From a virus (Duplodnaviria > Caudoviricetes): a stretch of DNA of 25,661 nt. Every line of letters begins with the position of its first letter. Within the stretch, counting starts at the first letter, position 1. The stretch lies in the IMG/VR virus record IMGVR_UViG_3300022868_000089, positions 1 to 25,661 of that record; one strand, 5' to 3'. The position numbers and the translations under genes were made by a program. This document shows positions 16,849-25,441 of this stretch, one piece after another. The notes beneath the pieces are model-generated. The model was not told the origin of the DNA, did not search any database, and saw nothing but the letters and a program-made list of their open reading frames with translations.

Positions 16849-19365
16849 TTACCCGCTTACATTCAAATCCTTTAAGGCTCCCCAACGCTTACCGACAGCC
16901 ACATCAGCCACCAGCGGGATCCCTCTCATAAACGGTAGATCAACACTTTCCATCTTCCGCTTAATTACAATAATTACCTCCTTTGCTCTTGATCGTAGAA
17001 CCTCAAAATACAGAGCGTCATGGTTTTCATTGACCGGAATTACAATGTTCTTCCAACCCAACCAATCCCTCTGCCTAAACTCTCTCATTATGGCTATAAA
17101 TGCAAGCTTCAATATATCTGCTGCTGTACTCTGGATTCCGGTATTCTTACATTGCCTGATAGCGTGACCGAAATGTTTCTCTGCTATCCTCCTATTCATT
17201 CCTTTCAAATCCTTCAGTTGCCTTCTCCTACCAAACGGATTTGTTGTGTATCCATTCTTCAACGCCTCGGCAATAACAGTTTTCCAATAAACTTCTTCGA
17301 TGCTTGGATAGGTATCAAGGAACTTCTGTAGTTGCTCCTCAGCCTGTTGTAACGTTGTTTCTCCATCAAGATTAAATCCTTTTCGATCATCAACCAAGCC
17401 GTGAGCTGTTCTACCATACAAGACACCGAAATTGAATCCTTTAGCCTTTACTCGCTGCTCTTTTGTTAATTCATCAACAGACACACCAAATATTCCACAG
17501 CCTGTATTACTATGAATATCTCCTCCTCCCATAAAACATTTAATCATATTTTCATCACCTGACAGTGCTGCCATAACACGAAGCTCTACCTGAGAATAAT
17601 CAGGACTAACTAGAATGTAACCGGGACGAGCGACGTACAAGTTTCTGAGGAAAGAACCGCGCTCGATGTTTTGAAGATTTGGATCTCTTGTAGCAGTCCT
17701 TCCAGTGTCAACAAACCTATACCGTGGGTGAATGCGATTCTCTGTTGTTATCCTTCTACGCTCAACTATCGGAGTGACATAGGTATTCAACCGCTTTGTC
17801 TGCTTTCGGTACTTCAATAGAACCTCAGCGAACTTTGAATTGTAATCATCTACCAGCACCGTAAGGACTTTCTCATCAACCTGAGCCTTACCTGACTCTG
17901 TAGTTATAATCACCGGTAGACCCATTAATCCAAATAGTATCTGCGCCATCTGGTCATTTGACGAGAACTTAAAAGACGCTCCTTTCCTCATCATGTACTG
18001 AAAAACTTCAGGAAACTCAAACATCTGCTTCTCAAACTTCTTTATTTTCTTCAGTATGTGCCGTTCTACCTTCTTTGCATAAACCGGATCAGCAGCCAAT
18101 CCGTAATACATAAGGTCAGCATATCCTTCTGCAACAGATGGTGATACGATTTCTGAATAGAGATGCCACATCTTTTCTTTCTTCAACTGCTTCTCTACCA
18201 CTCCAGCTATTCTAAATGTCATATCGCAGTCGGTGCAGTTGTAATTCGACATTGCCATGAGCGGAATGTTACACATCAAAAGACCTGAGTACTTTTTCCA
18301 GAATCTATCTTTGTATCCGCCGTACTCTGAAAAATACTCCCACACCATTGATTCCAAACCGTTATTTCCTGTTTCATCTAGGAGTCGATGCATTTCCATC
18401 GTGTCCAGAACTTTACCTTGTATCTCAATATCAAACTGTCTTCTTAGTTCAACCATATCAAACAATACGTTCTGTGCAATGAATGTTTTGGTTTCATCCT
18501 CAAACAAATCCTTCAAGTGTGTGATAATAGCTTGTTTGTGTTCAAGAGTTATTTCACTATGATGGACTGGAATACAACACGCTTCTCCAGGTGCCCAGCT
18601 AAACCCAATGCACACAATAGTACTATCTGTCTTGCTCATCGTCTCTATATCGAAACTGAGCCTGTCATACTTCGATAGCTGTAGGATATGTGAAATAGCT
18701 GAACTATCATCACGAGAGCACTTGTATCCTTCATGTAACTTACTCTGAGGCTGTTCGATCTCCTCACCTTTTAATACAGACACAACCTTCTTCAAATCGG
18801 CACGGAAAAGTTTAAGCTGCTCCTCGTGCTCTTCTCTATAACCTTTTCTTAAAATGAACGCTGGATGGACGGTTGGAACTACCGGAATGTTACTCAGGCC
18901 AGCAACCTTGTTACTATACCTCAAGACATTGCCTCTAAACCTTTGAATCCCCTTCAAACCCATTAGGCTACTCAACGCAACACCACCAAGAGGTACAATG
19001 ACCTTCAATGTATCTTTGTACTTCACCAATTCAGCTATAAGTTTAGGATTACAAGCAATGATTTCCTTACTCGTTGGTTGTCTATTTTTATCATTAGGTG
19101 TAGTTGGCCGACAGCGAACAGCGTTGGTTATAATGTATCCTTTAGTTATTCCTACTTTATACAGAGCCTTTCTGAGGAGCTTGCCACTTTTTCCTACAAA
19201 TATTTCTCCTTCCTCATCCTCGTGTTTACCGGGAGCTTCTCCAATGAATATAATCTCTACAGGACCACCACTTGAATACGGAGGTATACACGGATGATTG
19301 ATGCCGGATGCACTTAATTCACACTTAGTGCATCCGGCCATCTTGTTACCAAACAAATCCTGCAT
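16849..19365 (-). CDS. polA: Family A DNA polymerase with N-terminal family-4 uracil-DNA glycosylase domain and 3'-5' exonuclease
   Basis: UDG: CTKC, GEAPG..ED..G..FVGKSGKLL, TNAVRCRP, HPAFILR. Exonuclease: FDIET, NVLFD, YNCTD. Polymerase: TGR, PNLQNI, motif A DYSQVELR, motif B KAKGFNFGVLYG, motif C NHDALYFE. Confidence 0.95.
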   Translation of the reverse strand: MQDLFGNKMAGCTKCELSASGINHPCIPPYSSGGPVEIIFIGEAPGKHEDEEGEIFVGKSGKLLRKALYKVGITKGYIITNAVRCRPTTPNDKNRQPTSKEIIACNPKLIAELVKYKDTLKVIVPLGGVALSSLMGLKGIQRFRGNVLRYSNKVAGLSNIPVVPTVHPAFILRKGYREEHEEQLKLFRADLKKVVSVLKGEEIEQPQSKLHEGYKCSRDDSSAISHILQLSKYDRLSFDIETMSKTDSTIVCIGFSWAPGEACCIPVHHSEITLEHKQAIITHLKDLFEDETKTFIAQNVLFDMVELRRQFDIEIQGKVLDTMEMHRLLDETGNNGLESMVWEYFSEYGGYKDRFWKKYSGLLMCNIPLMAMSNYNCTDCDMTFRIAGVVEKQLKKEKMWHLYSEIVSPSVAEGYADLMYYGLAADPVYAKKVERHILKKIKKFEKQMFEFPEVFQYMMRKGASFKFSSNDQMAQILFGLMGLPVIITTESGKAQVDEKVLTVLVDDYNSKFAEVLLKYRKQTKRLNTYVTPIVERRRITTENRIHPRYRFVDTGRTATRDPNLQNIERGSFLRNLYVARPGYILVSPDYSQVELRVMAALSGDENMIKCFMGGGDIHSNTGCGIFGVSVDELTKEQRVKAKGFNFGVLYGRTAHGLVDDRKGFNLDGETTLQQAEEQLQKFLDTYPSIEEVYWKTVIAEALKNGYTTNPFGRRRQLKDLKGMNRRIAEKHFGHAIRQCKNTGIQSTAADILKLAFIAIMREFRQRDWLGWKNIVIPVNENHDALYFEVLRSRAKEVIIVIKRKMESVDLPFMRGIPLVADVAVGKRWGALKDLNVSG

Positions 19366-20243
19366 CAGTTATTTCCTTTGAGAATGCGCTGAATCTTGCA
19401 GAACAATCCTTGTAGCTGGAGTACTTTCGTTGTTCCTTGTGCCATATAGAACTCTGTCTCGGCAATGAACGGTAGTATTTCTGCACGTTGCTCAGTCTTT
19501 ACCGCTTCATGCCAGATTCTATCAAGGATAATGTGTGTCTCTCCGCTGTTCTTGAACGTCAAGTCGATGAACTTCTTTATCCCCATAGTTAATACGTCCT
19601 CATCGAACTGTAACTTGGAGATTTTACCACCATTAAGATACCGCTCAAGGATAGTCATGGCCTTCCGCATATCTCCACCACTCAACTTAGCCGCTTTTAT
19701 TGCAACCTCCTTCTTTGGTTTTCCGGCCTTTTTCATCAACCTGAAGATATGCTTTGCTACGAGCTTGATAGGAATGTAATCGAAATGGCACTCCACACAA
19801 CGGCTTACCAGCGGCTCAATAAGTTTCTGTTCGTAATTAGCTGAAAGAATAAACCGGCAATTCTTAAAATTGACTTCCATTATTCTACGAAGAGCATTCT
19901 GTGCGTCTTTCGTGAGTGAATCCGATTCGTCAAGGAACACCACCTTGGGTTTGCCTTGGGCTAGGCCAACTGTACGGCAAAAATCTTGTACCTTTCCTCT
20001 GATGACCTGTATACCTCTTTCCTCACTAGCATTCATCTCCAAGAAATTGCCTCGCCATGATTTACCAAACATTGCTTTTGCCAAGATGAGCGCCATTGTT
20101 GTCTTACCTGTTCCTGCCGGTCCGTAGAACAGGAGATGTGGAATGGTTCCATCCTTCTCTAACAATGTCTGTAGCATCTCCTTTGTATCTTCGTGTCCCA
20201 CAAATCCATCAAAGGTAGTCGGACGATAATCTTCAATGAGCAT
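19365..20243 (-). CDS. Clamp loader AAA+ subunit (RFC small subunit-like)
   Basis: EDYRP, PHLLFYGPAGTGKTT, LEMNASEERGI, FLDESDSLTKDAQNALRR, SRC motif and GDMRKA are the canonical RFC boxes. Confidence 0.93.
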   Translation of the reverse strand: MLIEDYRPTTFDGFVGHEDTKEMLQTLLEKDGTIPHLLFYGPAGTGKTTMALILAKAMFGKSWRGNFLEMNASEERGIQVIRGKVQDFCRTVGLAQGKPKVVFLDESDSLTKDAQNALRRIMEVNFKNCRFILSANYEQKLIEPLVSRCVECHFDYIPIKLVAKHIFRLMKKAGKPKKEVAIKAAKLSGGDMRKAMTILERYLNGGKISKLQFDEDVLTMGIKKFIDLTFKNSGETHIILDRIWHEAVKTEQRAEILPFIAETEFYMAQGTTKVLQLQGLFCKIQRILKGNN

Positions 20244-20259
20244 AGTTATATTCCTTCCT

Positions 20260-20856
20260 TTATTTCAACATCAACTTGAAAAAGATTCTTCTTTTATTCT
20301 CAACTGATTTAAATCCGTAGGCCAACATACGGCTGATAGATGTATTTGAGCCTTTGCCTAGCAGGTATCTATCAACCGCATCCAGCACATCGGCGTTCTC
20401 AGGATAGTGCATGATGCTGCTGATGAGAAACTTCACAGCGATATACAAAGCTCCGGTATTCTCTTCCAATATCTTGAAAACAGCATCTCTATCTTTATTA
20501 AACACCACAGCGTTCAACAGAGCAAACAAGTCCTTCTTATTCCCCCATACATCACCGTACTGAATCTTGACCAAATCAGAATTGACGCCTTTTAACAGCG
20601 CAGCACTCTTTGCGTTTGACACGCGCACAACAACCGGAAGGACAGTATTATGTAACATCCATTTGAACTGCTTAGGTGTCAGTCCTGTCAAATCGGCGTC
20701 GATCAGTACGGTAGACGGAATGAGTGGTTTACACAGGAACATATCCTGCCGAAACACGGACACATCAGAAAGGCTCTTATCATCCGTGAGATCAACATCT
20801 CCCACAATGACCGTAGTTAAAGGCCGCTTAGGCTTTCGTTTCTTCTTCACCGTCAT
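20260..20856 (-). CDS. Hypothetical protein, candidate second (non-ATPase) clamp-loader subunit
   Basis: Sits between the clamp and clamp-loader genes. Helical C-terminal half and no Walker motifs. The function is positional inference. Confidence 0.4.
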   Translation of the reverse strand: MTVKKKRKPKRPLTTVIVGDVDLTDDKSLSDVSVFRQDMFLCKPLIPSTVLIDADLTGLTPKQFKWMLHNTVLPVVVRVSNAKSAALLKGVNSDLVKIQYGDVWGNKKDLFALLNAVVFNKDRDAVFKILEENTGALYIAVKFLISSIMHYPENADVLDAVDRYLLGKGSNTSISRMLAYGFKSVENKRRIFFKLMLK

Positions 20857-21658
20857 CAGGTGATTCTCCCGTCTGAACGATATATGAAAATGAACCGTTC
20901 TCTATCCACACCGGCATTTGCTCCTGCTTGAAATTAGCCTTCGGATTGAAGAACATGGTAACATCTCCATCACAATTGCTGATAACTTCCTTGAAACCGA
21001 AACCGAGCGACATTGAGAAATCCTGTGAACACTCTATCTCTGACGGAACGAGCTTGGTAATAAAACGAGCACTGCCAGCAGCATTGTCGGTACTGACCTT
21101 TACCTTGCCGTCCTTGGAGATACTAAACGTATACCACTCTTCTCCAACCACACCAGCATCTCCAACCAGACTCTTTAGTAAACTGGTGTCGATGACCAAC
21201 ATATTCTTCTTGGAAAACTTTATCTCTTTCACATCATCATCATCATTCTTGAGACGAAAGATTCTCTTCTGGAAATCGGTTGTTTCAATTAGTTCAAGTC
21301 CTTGCGTGCTTTCTATCAAGTCATCACTCACAACAGCAAACTGACCTTGCTTACCTTTCTGGGTCAACGCAACATGCTTTCCGGTAAACTGCATTCTGGT
21401 CTTACTCTCGTAATCAAACCTTGAGAGGATTCCGGCAAACGTAGGCAACGCAGGTATTGTAATCCGTCCAGGTTTTTTAACTACTGCTTCTGCTTCTCCA
21501 TAAAAACAAACGACACGTGTTCTGTTGACTCCCATGGCGCTGATCTTTCCGTCCGCAGCTTCGATAATACAATCTGGAACTAATCCGTTCAACGCCACCT
21601 TCGCCGCAAACTCTTTCAAATCTGCGTGGTTGACTATAACTGTAGCTTTGCTTCCCAT
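20828..21658 (-). CDS. Sliding clamp (PCNA/gp45-like)
   Basis: 276 aa with a two-domain alpha/beta pattern. The N-terminus LKEFAAKV...CIIEAADGKISAMGVNRTRVV resembles PCNA. Adjacent to the RFC-like gene; GGAGG RBS. Confidence 0.7.
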   Translation of the reverse strand: MGSKATVIVNHADLKEFAAKVALNGLVPDCIIEAADGKISAMGVNRTRVVCFYGEAEAVVKKPGRITIPALPTFAGILSRFDYESKTRMQFTGKHVALTQKGKQGQFAVVSDDLIESTQGLELIETTDFQKRIFRLKNDDDDVKEIKFSKKNMLVIDTSLLKSLVGDAGVVGEEWYTFSISKDGKVKVSTDNAAGSARFITKLVPSEIECSQDFSMSLGFGFKEVISNCDGDVTMFFNPKANFKQEQMPVWIENGSFSYIVQTGESPDDGEEETKA

Positions 21659-21671
21659 ACTAGACCCTCCT

Positions 21672-22661
21672 TTAGAACAGCCTGTTAAGACTCTTAGCTT
21701 CTCCTATGTCACATACTCCTGGTTGCAGACGTTCCTCAAGCTCTTTGAAGAACAAAATATTTACCTCATATCTCAACGCTAACGCGGCACTCCTCTCTTC
21801 TTCCTCTTCGTACTTACCTAACTTCTCTATGGTATATCTCTCTCCATCATCGAAATGTCTTTCTCCTAACTCACGAAAATACTTCTCAACAACCTTACGC
21901 ACTCTCGGAGACCAATTACCTATGTACTCCTTTGTGTGCTTACTTGCTTCTGATACTGCTATGTGCGGTGTATTTCCATAGTTCGTGTCCCAGAACTTAT
22001 CTCTTATCAAGTCTTTCACCGGAACAAACACCAATCCATACGCCGCTCTCTTTTTCCACGTAGAGAAATCCACCGATCCCCATGGATGTTTCTTTAACAT
22101 ACCGAAACTACCCATTGCGAACCCGTGTACTTTTGTTTTCTCTTTCTCTGACACGGCAAAGAATTTCTCATTTCCATAAAGAGGCTTTCCTTTAAAAGAG
22201 TAGCCCACGTACCTATTACACTTGCACATCTCTCTCCACCTATTGAAACCTCGCTGCTTATGCCACACAGGAACGATGTCTCTACCGACTTGTTCTCTTA
22301 ACTTCTCTGTCATTTTGTCAACAGTAGCAAGTCCTATGTATTCCTCAACATCGAGTTCGATTATCCTGGAGAACATGTAATGATATTCTTTTAGATATTT
22401 AATATATAGATCAAAGAACTCATCTATCTCTGAAAGATTACCTCTGCTGGTGTAGAAGCTATGTGTACCACTATCAAGCATTATATTAGCACCGTGCTTA
22501 TGTGCTTCGACCAATGCTCGATGTGTTTTACTATCGTTTCCATTCCTATACGCCTTGTACAGGTAATAGAACGACACCAGCATATTCTTATGCCCGCACC
22601 GCATCATAGCTTCAATGGAGTACGGACAGTCAGTAACAAGATAAATCTTTTCCACGGACAA
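21672..22661 (-). CDS. dpdA: TGT-fold base-exchange transglycosylase (DpdA-like)
   Basis: MLVSFYY, IMLDSGTHSF, ELDV, IVPVWH, KVHGFAM and SVDFSTW match the phage queuine-tRNA-ribosyltransferase-like/DpdA motif order. Clustered with folE and a QueD-like gene. Confidence 0.75.
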   Translation of the reverse strand: MSVEKIYLVTDCPYSIEAMMRCGHKNMLVSFYYLYKAYRNGNDSKTHRALVEAHKHGANIMLDSGTHSFYTSRGNLSEIDEFFDLYIKYLKEYHYMFSRIIELDVEEYIGLATVDKMTEKLREQVGRDIVPVWHKQRGFNRWREMCKCNRYVGYSFKGKPLYGNEKFFAVSEKEKTKVHGFAMGSFGMLKKHPWGSVDFSTWKKRAAYGLVFVPVKDLIRDKFWDTNYGNTPHIAVSEASKHTKEYIGNWSPRVRKVVEKYFRELGERHFDDGERYTIEKLGKYEEEEERSAALALRYEVNILFFKELEERLQPGVCDIGEAKSLNRLF

Positions 22662-22663
22662 TG

Positions 22664-23794
22664 CTATTCACCACAGTCCTTCTTTATTGCTTCAATGATA
22701 TTGGGTAACGCTTCAATGCATCTTGAGGCGTAATGTGCAACAGCTATAGGATTATCTAATCTATCCTCAACCAGATTAACACAATCCGTGAGACTGTACC
22801 TTTTGTAGAGTAACTGCTTGTTGTTGCCAAGCAATTCAGGATGAGAAAAAGCATCTGGAACTACCGGCTGGCAACCGAAGTTACACGCCTCAATAACACA
22901 ATAACCAAAATTCTCTTCCGCCGTGTTTGAAACCATTACCATAGACAGCACAAGAAGATTGTAATATTCTTTCTTTGATATTCCTTCATGTAGTTCAATA
23001 ATGCCTAAATCAACCAGCTCCTGTGCGTAAGCTCGTAATTCATCATCTCCCCATTGTTTACGCGCTGTGCAAAATACCATATTAACATCAGGCCGGATCG
23101 CTTTTAACTCAATTGCTACCTGAAGAGAGTCAACAGGACACTTCTCTAGATCGGGGCGGTTAGGAAAAATAACCTGCTTAACTTTTGTATAACCATCCCC
23201 ATCTAATTCATCCCATGCGTCTAATCCATCCCATGGATTACCCGACACCACGATCTTGTTTCTGTGCCACTCCACAGCCTCTGCTTCATCTTTAGCTCTA
23301 CATCTAATAATCTTTCTCTTATGATAGTTAGAACCCACAAACACCTTGTCACAAATATTTATCCAACCTCTTTCAAATATCTGCGCGAACTCAGCGCACG
23401 GTTCCATGAAATCTCCTTTTGTATAGCTGGCAGCATGAAGGAATCCATATATCTTGACAGGTATCTTATTGAGTACGGAAAGGTATCGGATGCTCTCTAT
23501 CCCCCAAAACTCCAGATCACTGACAAAGAATATATCACCTGGGTTAATCATCTTCTTGTAAAACATCTTTGCAATTCCGGCTAATTGTGTAGCTTTATAA
23601 TGTAGTGTAGAGTTTATGTCCAAGAAGGTTCCAGTTTCAATATGATCGGTTAAAGGACAACCATTGATAACGCCGCCGTCATATCCTGCTGCTGAAAAAG
23701 CTGTAGGAATCCAACGTGCCCACTGAGCACTGTAGCGAGACTCTAAAGGTTCTATCGGAAGTAAAAAAACTTTTCTTTTATTATTCTGCATCAT
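22664..23794 (-). CDS. GT-B (GT4-like) glycosyltransferase
   Basis: N-terminal LPIEPLESRYSAQW, FLHAASY and FPNRPDLEK, plus the ExFG..xxEA motif EENFGYCVIEA followed by PVVPD..S.PE. Confidence 0.85.
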   Translation of the reverse strand: MMQNNKRKVFLLPIEPLESRYSAQWARWIPTAFSAAGYDGGVINGCPLTDHIETGTFLDINSTLHYKATQLAGIAKMFYKKMINPGDIFFVSDLEFWGIESIRYLSVLNKIPVKIYGFLHAASYTKGDFMEPCAEFAQIFERGWINICDKVFVGSNYHKRKIIRCRAKDEAEAVEWHRNKIVVSGNPWDGLDAWDELDGDGYTKVKQVIFPNRPDLEKCPVDSLQVAIELKAIRPDVNMVFCTARKQWGDDELRAYAQELVDLGIIELHEGISKKEYYNLLVLSMVMVSNTAEENFGYCVIEACNFGCQPVVPDAFSHPELLGNNKQLLYKRYSLTDCVNLVEDRLDNPIAVAHYASRCIEALPNIIEAIKKDCGE

Positions 23795-24392
23795 TATTTA
23801 CTCCTCTTGCGTGCCGAGCACATCGTCTTTTCCACACTGAAGGTTTTGAAGGACTCTGAACGAAGTGTGTTTCCTGATAAGTTAATTCTTTCCCGCATAC
23901 CTCACATTTGGCTATGGGGTAAGACAGATAATGGTGATCTGGATTTACACAGCCCTTATTCCCGCAGCTACTTCTCAGGCTAACTCCAAAAGGTATCGGT
24001 CCTTTTTCCTTTTTATACTCATTCTTTGCAATCCGGAAACCTGCTGAAAGTGGATAACCATCTTTGTCGTGATAAGACGTAGGACAGGTAATGCAATCGT
24101 CAGATTCTCTTTTAGGTGTAAAACGTAGTTTACGCCGAATAGGAATAGGCTGAGATTTTATCTCTTTAATTATCGCAGCAAGACTCTTTCCTCTTTTCTT
24201 CTCTATAAGTATCCTTTCTATAAAAGCTATATCATTCAAGGTGAAGAACATCTTATTATGATTTCCGCGAGGAAGGTCTGGAAAATGTAAACCAAGTTTA
24301 TGCGTAAGCTGATACACTAACGCCTTAGTTATTCTGAACGACCGGGTAACTTGGTTTACATTCCATCCTTGTATAATTTCTTTTCTTTTCAT
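23781..24392 (-). CDS. MerR-like HTH fused to a degenerate HNH endonuclease domain and a C-terminal CxxC
   Basis: N-terminus WNVNQV...ALVYQL...MFFTLNDIAFIERI...GKSLAAI is MerR-like. The middle DCI...DKDGYP...GPIPFG.SLRSSCGNKGCVNPDH is HNH-like with the usual His replaced by Ser. CEVC near the end. AAGGA RBS. Confidence 0.6.
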   Translation of the reverse strand: MKRKEIIQGWNVNQVTRSFRITKALVYQLTHKLGLHFPDLPRGNHNKMFFTLNDIAFIERILIEKKRGKSLAAIIKEIKSQPIPIRRKLRFTPKRESDDCITCPTSYHDKDGYPLSAGFRIAKNEYKKEKGPIPFGVSLRSSCGNKGCVNPDHHYLSYPIAKCEVCGKELTYQETHFVQSPSKPSVWKRRCARHARGVNNDAE

Positions 24393-24496
24393 TTAATTCA
24401 TCCTTTCTTTTTAGGTAAAAATGTCAAGCGGGCAAAATTTCTGGTGGGACGCTTAGAATCATTAAAACTGTCGAGGAAGTAAAGCTTGAAAAGGTG

Positions 24497-24561
24497 CACC
24501 GCTCTTAAATTATTCCCATTTGTTTATTTATTTATTAATAATGAGTCGCCCACCGCTCTTA
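24497..24561. repeat. 11 bp direct repeat CACCGCTCTTA (24497-24507 and 24551-24561) in the only large intergenic gap
   Basis: Exact match seen by eye, flanking an AT-rich TTTA-repeat spacer. Confidence 0.55.
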
Positions 24562-24613
24562 GGAGTGGGTTCCTTAAACCGATTATTAAACCCACAAAGA
24601 CCAAAGTGAGCAA

Positions 24614-25441
24614 TCATACTATCAACGCTCCGTTCTCACCATCTTCCAAAACCTCAACTTTAATTTCTCTGCGAGGAAACCTTTGAATATACCATCTTCT
24701 TATCAATAATGCTATATCTTCACAGGAGGACGAAGGAGCCATTGTATGGAGCAGTCCTTCTAATTTAGTGGTAAGGTTACGCTTCTCCTCCAGGTACTCT
24801 ATATCCCTGTCAATCCCATTGCTCTGTTCGATTCTTACAGTGACATGGAACACGTGTCTGTGGAGATTCTTTAGATAATAGAAACTACCACGAGCTTCAG
24901 GATATTGGTGACAGCCTTCCGCAGAGGTTTTAATTGTGGCAAAGGTTTTATAATCATATTTTGTTATTCCTTCAAACAGATAGTACTTGGCATTGCTGTG
25001 CCATAAGTTACGCTGTGAGGTATAAATTTTGGACATCCAATGTTTCTTTTGTTCACATAGATAATGTGAAAGAAGAGTCAGGTCGTTTCTGTTCATTTCA
25101 ACTGAGTAATATCGAATATCCTCGACTGGACTACCAGCGAGTAGATTATAAACTGCAAGATGATGCGGATGGTATTCAGTAGGAGCAGGTATGTACAAAG
25201 TTTCTGCATTGTAAATTTCCGTTACCAGACTATCAGCAAAAAATGGATCACCAGGTAGTGGCATAAATACAGGCTTAAAACAGAAAGCCTTTGCGCAGTA
25301 TAACGCTTCGTATCGTCTATCACGATTATCGTAATCATAAAAGTATAGAACCTTATCTATGCTGTTAGATTCAAATAAAGAAAAACAACCAATGAGTTCA
25401 TCGTCTGGATGTGGTGCAGCTATAATCACTTCTTTTCGCAT
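24614..25441 (-). CDS. Fusion of a PIG-L/LmbE-family de-N-acetylase and a QueD-like T-fold domain (DpdL-like)
   Basis: N-terminal AAPHPDDELIG and HPHH are the PIG-L metal-site motifs. The C-terminal ~110 aa (EGCHQYP...LKNLHRHVFHV...DRDIEY...SCEDIA...EVLEDGENGA) is a QueD paralogue with LxxxHRHxF. Confidence 0.8.
   Translation of the reverse strand: MRKEVIIAAPHPDDELIGCFSLFESNSIDKVLYFYDYDNRDRRYEALYCAKAFCFKPVFMPLPGDPFFADSLVTEIYNAETLYIPAPTEYHPHHLAVYNLLAGSPVEDIRYYSVEMNRNDLTLLSHYLCEQKKHWMSKIYTSQRNLWHSNAKYYLFEGITKYDYKTFATIKTSAEGCHQYPEARGSFYYLKNLHRHVFHVTVRIEQSNGIDRDIEYLEEKRNLTTKLEGLLHTMAPSSSCEDIALLIRRWYIQRFPRREIKVEVLEDGENGALIV

Noticed and set aside
5220-19365. Inteins or introns in terL, recA or polA
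   Set aside because: Frames are continuous with motif spacing near normal, and I saw no intein splice-junction or LAGLIDADG signatures.
9220-19367. Genome-wide UGA recoding (genetic code 4/25)
   Set aside because: Several genes end in TGA overlapping the next ATG, and conserved proteins are full length in code 11.
19365-21658. Archaeal virus assignment based on RFC/PCNA-like genes
   Set aside because: Bacterial-type RecA, a sigma factor, a Mor-like activator and a family A polymerase favour a bacterial host. The host is not determinable from this window.
24399-24427. Perfect TTGACA (-35) on the minus strand upstream of the MerR/HNH gene
   Set aside because: There is no -10 hexamer at 16-19 nt spacing (the RBS falls there), so it is not called as a sigma70 promoter.
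45-25182. All plus-strand ORFs in the track (e.g. 1476..1925, 14459..14803, 15271..15564, 20928..21344)
   Set aside because: They are antisense shadows of well-supported minus-strand genes, with Ser/Phe/Leu-rich composition and no recognisable motifs.
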